A stretch of DNA of 64,000 nucleotides, from the NCBI GenBank assembly GCA_964016885.1, contig OZ024743.1, positions 317,750,001-317,814,000 on the forward strand. Reading direction: 5' to 3'. The first letter of the stretch is position 1. Each line of letters starts with the position of its first letter. The notes below the pieces were generated by a model. The model was given only the letters and a program-made list of their open reading frames with translations, was not told the DNA's origin and did no database searches. Below, piece after piece: positions 54,974 through 64,000 of the stretch. The stretch is from Eledone cirrhosa. Taxonomy: Eukaryota. The translations under genes were made by a program, and so were the position numbers.

Positions 54974-57157
54974 ATGTAACGAAGGGTATTATTAGTGAGT
55001 GTTAGATGAAATAACAAGAATAGCTGAATTACTTTATATATAAAAAGGTTTACTTCACTTCAGTCAAAAAGAACAATAAACAAGTTACCACGAGTTGCGA
55101 AGGTTGACGATGTCATTTTTGTTGTTTGTTCATGAGGCTGGTGTAGTCTGAGACCAGGTGAAAGAGAGAGAGTAATGGTCTGTAGTTGTCTGTAGACCTC
55201 TGCGGCCTGTAGGTAGCGTTGAATCTTTACATAGCTAGAACTATAGCGTACTGCTCCGATCTCCTGTGTAAAACGTGGGAAAATAAGGCTTTATATACCT
55301 GTCGCTTTCTGTCTCCCACCTTGAGGGATCGCCCATGAATGAACCTGTCCGCACTGAAAAGGATGGTGACCTAGAATTTGACTTTTAGGTGTCACCCAAG
55401 GTTCAAGGCGTGGACAGATTTCGCTACAGACTAACACCTGTCTCAACTTTCTGAATGCTCTGCCTGGTAACGTCGGAGTCAACTTTCCTGTCTAGGAACA
55501 GCGTCCTATCCACTTCCATATGATGCATGATACGCAGTCTCTTTAGCTCCAAGTCACTCAGTCGACACACTGCAGCTACCCCTCACTTCGACTCCTCCGG
55601 TACTTCAGGCCAGGCTTTCCTCACCCTCTTTAGAACGCCCGCCTTTTTCCTTTCCGATGTCACAATAACCATGCTCAGCTTTTCGCCAAACTCAGCAGCT
55701 TGATCTTCCAGACATCCCAGGTGGCACTTTATTAACATCTCTGCCACCTCTTTCGTTCGTACCTTCCCGTCATTGGTGATTACTGATCTCATCCACCGAG
55801 TACAGTCATCGAATCGATTCAGATTTCGATAGTACGCAGCCCTCATCTCAGGACCAGATTCACTCCTTTCAGCACGGCATCCAATCCGGTCACTTTGATG
55901 TGGTTGCAGTCATCCTACTTCCTGAGCCAGGCTGCGTCCTCCATCTCGACACCCCCTATTTCCAGAAAGACCCCTACCGCTATTCTGCTGGTATTGTACC
56001 ATACAGTTCCATTCTCCAATTTGGATACACACCAGCTTCCTCTTACTGGGTCCTCAGCTCCTTTTACCTTTTTCACGATCATGGTCATCGTCCTCTTCTC
56101 ACCCCCACTCACCCCATCTGTCCGTCTCTTGACGTGGATACATGCTGTTCGCAGCCACTCTGCAAGTGGATAGTGACCCACCAGTCTCACACATTGTCAA
56201 CAGTTCTCGTCTGTTGTTGCCGGTGCCCAACAGGTATGTATACAACTATTTATTTATAGCTAACCCAATGGTAGAATTTGAAAAAGTACCTTTTTAGAAT
56301 CAATCAACCGAAATATTTCAGAATGTTTCTTTCTATTTTTATGGTTGATTGAAGGTGGGCAGTTTTAAATGGTTATTTAAAGGCAAGTTATATTCTATGG
56401 GTTTGTCGAGAAGTAGTAACAAAAGTTGAATAAACTAATATTGAAAGAATTCATCGACGCACATATTTTGTGGTATAGAATTTCTGAAAGGAAATAGGTC
56501 GTGCAAAATTTAGGAAGAAGAAAAAAAAATTGGAGTTATTTATATCATACTTTTAAATGTGGACTGCGTGGTGGTATTGCAATCGATTGGTTCATTCGGA
56601 ATTAATCCCGTCACACCCTGTCTATTCTTGACTCATGTAAAGACACACTTGACATGTTCATTCACTCACTCGTCTCAATCTCTCTCACATACATGCACAC
56701 AAAGTGTGTGTAAGTATAGATAGATAAGTATAGTGTATTAATCCCGACTATTCCAGCGCCAACTTACACCAAATATAATTTGGACAGTTGCAAGACGGTT
56801 GATGGCTCTGTGTGAACGGAGCAGACGTGGTTGTAGTTGTTGTACTTGATCTAGGAAGTTATTTAGTCAAAACAGAAACGCTGACATTAACTTTATGTAG
56901 TTTGAAGACGTTATGACAGTTGTGCGTGTATCGGAAATGACGCTTTATTAGACGTAATGATTTGCAGAAACCCAGGTCACAGTCCTCTTCTTGCAATCCC
57001 AACTTTCCTCAATTTCTCTCAATTTTGAATTGTCGTCTTGGAATTTTTAACCCAAGCACCATATTAACACGAGCAAACTTTTTAAACCTCAGTAATTTAA
57101 AAGTTTTAAACAGTTTGAAGTAGTAGTTTTTGTGAACTGTTAATTCGCGATCGCCCT

Positions 57158-57390
57158 TATAGTTGGGTATATTGATATTTCATGTGATATATATACACAA
57201 TATACACTATAGTTGGGTATATTGATATTTCATGTGATATATATACACAATATACACTATAGTTGGGTATATTGATATTTCATGTGATATATATACACAA
57301 TATACACTATAGTTGGGTATATTGATATTTCATGTGATATATATACACAATATACACTATAGTTGGGTATATTGGTATTTCATTTGATAT
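57158..57390. repeat. 50-bp tandem repeat, ~4.6 copies
   Basis: TATAGTTGGGTATATTGATATTTCATGTGATATATATACACAATATACAC repeated with period 50. Confidence 0.95.
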
Positions 57391-59280
57391 CTCTATATAT
57401 AAAGGGAAGATGGACATTGTTTAGTGTACCGAACTTGTATGCTACACCGTTCATCCAATTTTCATGAAACCTCACACATATATAAAACTCAACGCGTAGA
57501 GTGGAATAGGCTACTTGAAATTTTCGAAAAATCGATAATCGGGCCCTATGACAGAATGTTTTTCGATTCCAATGAAATTTTATGTGAATTCGAACACAAG
57601 AACTCTTAGTTTACATCTGGCGCAATAAAAATAAATTTCATATGCCCATATAAGGACGTGCGTTATTGATTGGACGGCCAGCTGCATGTCTTCCCAGCTG
57701 TCTCAGTAAACGACCGACCATTAAAGAGTTTATCTTTTCATATTCCACCTTATTCAAGTGGAAATACAGTATTATCCCTATCTGAAAAGGGAACCAAATT
57801 TAATGGTGTCTTTTGTGAACCTAAAAGCTGTGAGTAAATTTTCAAACAGTCTTAAATAATCATGCTTTTTGAAAAAAAATTTACTAAATAATACGTTGAC
57901 CAAGTTGTATTGTACACATACAATACAAGTAAAAAAATTTACGTCGTACCAATGTTTTCCTTTTTTAAACAAAAGATTTAAAAAAATTACTTAATTTATA
58001 ATACAGTCTTTTGCACAGGAAATGAGTAACTTTTCGGGTGTTTAAACGTAAGTTCACCAGGGTTTGTGTCTTCATTATTAGCCCACCTCTAATGGCATTT
58101 TTTGTTCTGCTTACGACTAAATGTTATGAGCGTATTTGCAATTAATTGCGCACACGTGCACACCTGCATGCAGATAGACACTGACAGCCAATAAAAAATC
58201 GATAACTTGCTTATTAAGATATCGGTCAAAAAGAGAGATTGAATGTACTTTAGAACATTTTTTGAATATATTGTTCTTTTTGGCAAGATATGTCAGAAAT
58301 ATAGCTACTATACACTTTGGTTATTTTTTGTAACTAAAAAACGGTTCCTTTTGGGTGGATACTTAACGAGAAAAATCCTAGGGTTTTGGACAAGTTTGTT
58401 TCAGGCGCTGTATAGACGCCTATTTTGTCACACCTTGGTCATGAATTCGTATTCTTTTCCAATAGATATTTTCCGCTCTATAAGGCTCACCAGGATATAA
58501 GGCGTATGATTTAAAATCAGGTCCGCGCAACGGCGTGTAAGGCCAACCAGGAAAATGCTATCTTCTTTACTTTTAGTCTAGATCTATTACTTCTGTTAGA
58601 GCCGTGATTGATTACCATTGTATTATTTATACATAAGGCTCACCGGAGTATAAAGCGCAGAGCTGTTTTTTGATTAAATTTAATTATTTTAAGTGCAATT
58701 TATAGACGGGAAAATTCGGTAAGTTATTGTAATCATATTTCCAAATCTTCCCATTCACCAGTAACCATGCTAACGAATCTGGTGTCATCTCTCTCTGTAT
58801 TTAATCACCTCTCTCTAACCTAACAGCTTCGTTACACGTCGTTATGCCCACACGGAAACGTTCAAGACTTACCTCCAAAAAAGGTACAGCTATTGCTTTG
58901 AGACAACGAATTAGGCGTTCTCAGGTATGAGTTCATTCACAATTGATTAATCCTTTATGCAATATTCTCCCTTAATGTTAGCAAGTACTGCGTTTATCCT
59001 AACTGTCACCACTTTTAAGCAACTACAACATTCTAATCGTAGTTATATTAAATTTATTGTCTTACCTTGATTCCCTTTTGTTCATGTTAGACTTTTCTCA
59101 TTTACTATTGACACTGCCATTGGCTTAGCTAACCAGTAGAATTAATTAATTTTCTCTAGGAAACACCTGCTGAGCGCGAATCTCGACTCGCTGATAGATG
59201 TCTTTCCCGGCTGGTTGAGTCACCAACATCACGTACGACAAGGCTTGTGTAATATTTATATTACAACACAACGGAAAATA

Positions 59281-59349
<69 letters not shown>

Positions 59350-59526
59350 CAATATCGGAGAAAGCTTTTTAGCGATACTCCGGCCAAATTCCAACTCACT
59401 CAACAAACATTAGGAAATAAGTGATTATATTCCCAATTATGTGTTCGGGGTGCTAACTAAAAGTATTGCGTGGAAATTTGGCTGTATTATTTCAAATGAG
59501 ATATATCTAATATAATGTATATAAAA

Positions 59527-59575
<49 letters not shown>

Positions 59576-59619
59576 GACGGGCTTCTATGGTTTGGGGATG
59601 TTTATGTTGCCAATATTCC

Positions 59620-60730
<1,111 letters not shown>

Positions 60731-60930
60731 TATCGGTTTCAACACACGATTTCACATCAAGAATACATAAATTAGCTTGGCTTGTCTCATTTAGGGATCC
60801 AGCCACATTAGTTGGAGACGATTGATTCTGACAGGACCCGCTGCAACACTTAATATGTGAGTGTGTTTCGGTTGTTACTGAAATATATATGCATATATTT
60901 ATACATATATACTATATATGCACATATGTA

Positions 60931-62095
60931 TGTATATGCAGATGATTGCGATCTTGTAGCGCACACAGAGGGTGATATGCAGCACATTTTGAATGTATTT
61001 TCTGATGCTTGCACTGTCCTAGGATTGACTGTCAGTCTCAAGAAAACCGTCGTTATGTACCAACCTGCCCCTGGTAAGCTGTACAGTGAGCCAAATATCT
61101 ATGTATATGGTAAACTACTTGGAGTGGTTGATCAGTTTGTCTACCTGGGAAGCAGTGTCAATCGATACAGCAACCTTGATAATGAAATTCCACTCAGGAT
61201 TAGGAAAGCAAGTGATGCTTTCGGAAAGCTAGAAAGGCGGCTCTAGGGTCGGCGAGTCATATGCAAGAAGACAAAGGTAAAGGTGTACAAGGCAAGTGTG
61301 CTCTCTTCTCTTCTTTATGCCTGCGAGACCTGGGTCATATATCGACACCACCTTAAACAATTGGAGCGTTTCCACCAGATGTGTCTCAGACGGATCCATG
61401 GCGTTCACTGGAGAGACCACATCAGTGATGTCGAGATTTTGGAAGCTCTTGTGCTTAAGCAAAAACTCCGTTGGAATGGTCACCTTGCCAGGATGAAGGA
61501 TTCTAGAATACCAAAATAACTCTTTTATGGAGAGTTAGTTAAAGGAAAACGACATCCACATAAACCAGAAAAGAGGTATAAGGATTCGTTGAAAGCCTCT
61601 TTGAAAGACGCTAACATCTCTGCTGATACATGGGAAAATATTGCTGCTAATCGTAATAAATGGAGAAAGACTGTATATGAGGGGAAAGTTGCATTTGAGG
61701 CATCTCCAATCGCATACGAGAAAGTAAAGAGGGATGTGAGGAAGGACATTACTGTTGCATTTCCAGACAGCGAAGGTCCTCCTCCTGTGGCGCCGACATG
61801 CAGCGTCTGTGCGAGACTCTGCCTCAGCAAAGCTGGATTCGAAAGTCATCTTCGCAGTCATAAAGTAAGACCAGTGGTTGACTACCAGGCTGCTGTTGGA
61901 GATGCTACTCATCAGGCCTGCCAAGCATGTGGTAGAGAATGTAGATCAGCAGGAGGGCTCAAACGACATGCAAAAGTACATGAACTCTAACCACAGCCGA
62001 CTATTCCCAGTAAATGTTTTGGTTGCCGACTCTGTGCAAGACATTTTAGATCATTGGCTGGGCTAAAAAGCCCCATTCGATCGCAGCACTGTTAA
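60931..62095 (+). mobile_element. Decayed RTE/BovB-like LINE 3' part with C-terminal C2H2 fingers
   Basis: YADDC, GLTVSLKKT, FVYLGS, LLYACETW, LRWNGH; CSVC..H...H, CQAC..H...H and CRLC.. repeats; in-frame stops. Confidence 0.88.
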
Positions 62096-62101
62096 TTGTT
62101 A

Positions 62102-62186
<85 letters not shown>

Positions 62187-62206
62187 TGTGTACATATAGA
62201 TATGTA

Positions 62207-62251
<45 letters not shown>

Positions 62252-62462
62252 CGTAAAATAAGAAAATATCTTTAAAAAAAAAAATTTTTTTTTAATTTTT
62301 TACTTACTTAAATTTTCACTCCAACTAATTAGTTTCTTTTATATTATTGTTCTGCATTCTCCTGCATTGAACCACCTAGGTACTATGACATAACCTGTGT
62401 ATTTGCTAGCATGGGCGTGCATCTGTGCGCTTATGTTAGTTATATTAAATTATCTATATATA

Positions 62463-62522
<60 letters not shown>

Positions 62523-63070
62523 AAAGAATAGAGGTGTAACACACAAGTTATTATATATTGGTAAACGGAATAGAAAATGCTGACAAATTGTTCACAGTTG
62601 AAAAATGGTTTAATTAGGAATAAAAGAGTATTAGTGATTGTATGGGTTAGTATTCAGTTGTGGTTTTAAGTTTTTAAGCTTTTACCGGTTGCGCATTTCT
62701 AAATGCTTTTCAAAAATAATTTTGAGATAGAGTGTTCGTGCTGTTTGCTCTGATCTGATTAGTTTTGGGAATTCTACCTGTTTTTATGTTAAAAAAGTGG
62801 CTCCAGCGTTATTTTTGTGTTGCAAAAATGCTTGTGGTCAAAACAATTTTGATTGGTCGGTAGAGGTCATGTGAATGTAAAAAGTTGATTTTGCGCCAAG
62901 ACTGTTTTTATGTTAAAATGTTAAAAAAGTGGCTCCAGCAAAAATTCTTGGTCAAAACAATTTTGATTGGTCGGTAGAGGTCATGTGGATAAAAAATTGG
63001 TTTTGCGCCAAGATTGAGAAATGACTCTTTCACAACAAATATGTGTGTGTGTGTGTATGTATGTGTGTGT

Positions 63071-63160
<90 letters not shown>

Positions 63161-63711
63161 AGTAGTAGTAGTAGTAAGGTGTTCGATGCGGCGACAATGG
63201 CCAGCAGCGATGTGTGTCAAATGGCTATTAAGATAAGTGCGTGTGTGTGAGTGTGTGTGTGTGTGTGTATATAGCAGAGTCATTCGAAGGTCAAAAGATA
63301 TTTTTCAGCTTTTGTCTTATACGGAGAAGTGCGTGTGTGTGTGTGTGTGTATAAGTCTCTTTGTATGTTGATGTACGCGTGTGTATGTGTTTGTGTATAT
63401 ATGTGTGCGTGTGTGCGTGTGTGTGTGGGTGGACCAGTATTTTTTCCCCCTGGTAAAATGGTGTACATTATTCGATTTTTTCAGTAAAATCGGTTCTCTT
63501 AATAGAACATCAAAAATCTTAACAATAAAAGGTGTGAAATGATATTCACTATATATATATACACACATACATATATTCACTACATATATATATATATATA
63601 TACACATATATACATACATATATATGCACATATATTTTTTTGTATATATGTGGGTAGAGATGTGTGCTGATGTAGGTATGTATGTTGACGTGTGTATGTT
63701 GTGGGTTCTTC

Positions 63712-64000
63712 TTAGGGAGAAGTGTTTAGACGGGGTCCGTATTTGTTAATGAAGTAAGATTCCTTGCTGATGCGCTGGGTGTGGGTGGCATTATCTTTAA
63801 ATTTGTAGAGGGGAAAGATTCTGAAGTTGGGATGATTTTGGGCGGCACAGGTATCAATGTGTTCACTCAGTGGTATTTTCCTGTATTCCCGTATTTTAAT
63901 TTGGGATCTATGGACAGTCATGCGTTGGCGGAGGCTGTTTTTGGTCTGGCCTATGTATTGTTCTCGACAACCTGAACAAGTTAATACATATATTAGATTT
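63712..64000 (-). mobile_element. GIY-YIG endonuclease C-terminus of another Penelope-like element, running off the right edge
   Basis: NLIYVLTCSGCREQYIGQTKNSLRQRMTVH...ESYFINKYGPRLN*. Confidence 0.8.

Larger units (their letters stand above)
53499..55428 (-). mobile_element. Complete non-autonomous LTR retroelement (TRIM/LARD-like), LTRs 53499-53946 and 54975-55428
   Basis: Both LTRs read TGTAACGAA...TTCGCTACA; 4-bp TSD GACT (53495-53498 / 55429-55432); PBS and PPT on the minus strand; ~1.03-kb interior with no intact ORF. Confidence 0.93.
53235..56240 (-). pseudogene. Decayed Gypsy-type pol (RT end, RNase H, integrase) split by a nested LTR element
   Basis: GHYPLAEWLRTAC, DPVRGSW, GVFLEIGGVEMEDAAWLRK, AEMLIK, HHMEVDRTLFL; after removing 53499-55428 it continues SIDPAP...VDCGP (integrase). 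Confidence 0.75.

Noticed and set aside
57390-58720. Further non-autonomous Helitron and a pogo-like MITE
   Set aside because: The 5' TCTCTATATATAAA is suggestive, but the candidate 3' hairpin overlaps a possible MITE and lacks CTAG; boundaries cannot be supported.
58860-59125. Possible exons of a neighbouring gene (minus-strand GTAAGT and GTAAGA donors)
   Set aside because: No recognisable protein or consistent exon chain.

Overview
AT-rich, repeat-dominated animal genomic DNA with no prokaryotic features. The SINE/LINE repertoire looks octopus/cephalopod-like (inference). (1) 1-18973 is a satellite of roughly 1,000 variable-length ATGACAAAAAAC-based units, carrying three copies of one SINE insertion and an RTE LINE fragment. 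(2) The only host gene I can assemble is the C-terminal half of a + strand SLC37/GlpT-like (OPA family, MFS) sugar-phosphate antiporter: six GT-AG, phase-consistent exons from 22670 to a TAA at 42803. The ORF track misses most of it, and its upstream exons appear to lie left of the window. (3) The rest is transposon-derived: two tRNA-derived SINE families, several RTE LINEs (one with an open RT ORF), Penelope-like elements (PLEs), Helitrons, a mariner remnant, a MITE, RLE-LINE fragments, a decayed Gypsy pol and minisatellites. Most notable: minimal type I hammerhead ribozyme motifs (a tandem pair at 51.7/52.2 kb and one in a PLE terminal repeat with an inverted arm), a complete non-coding LTR element with a tRNA-Trp PBS and 4-bp TSD nested in a Gypsy integrase, and serial SINE insertions beside splice acceptors. 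I found no wholly new system that the sequence alone can establish.
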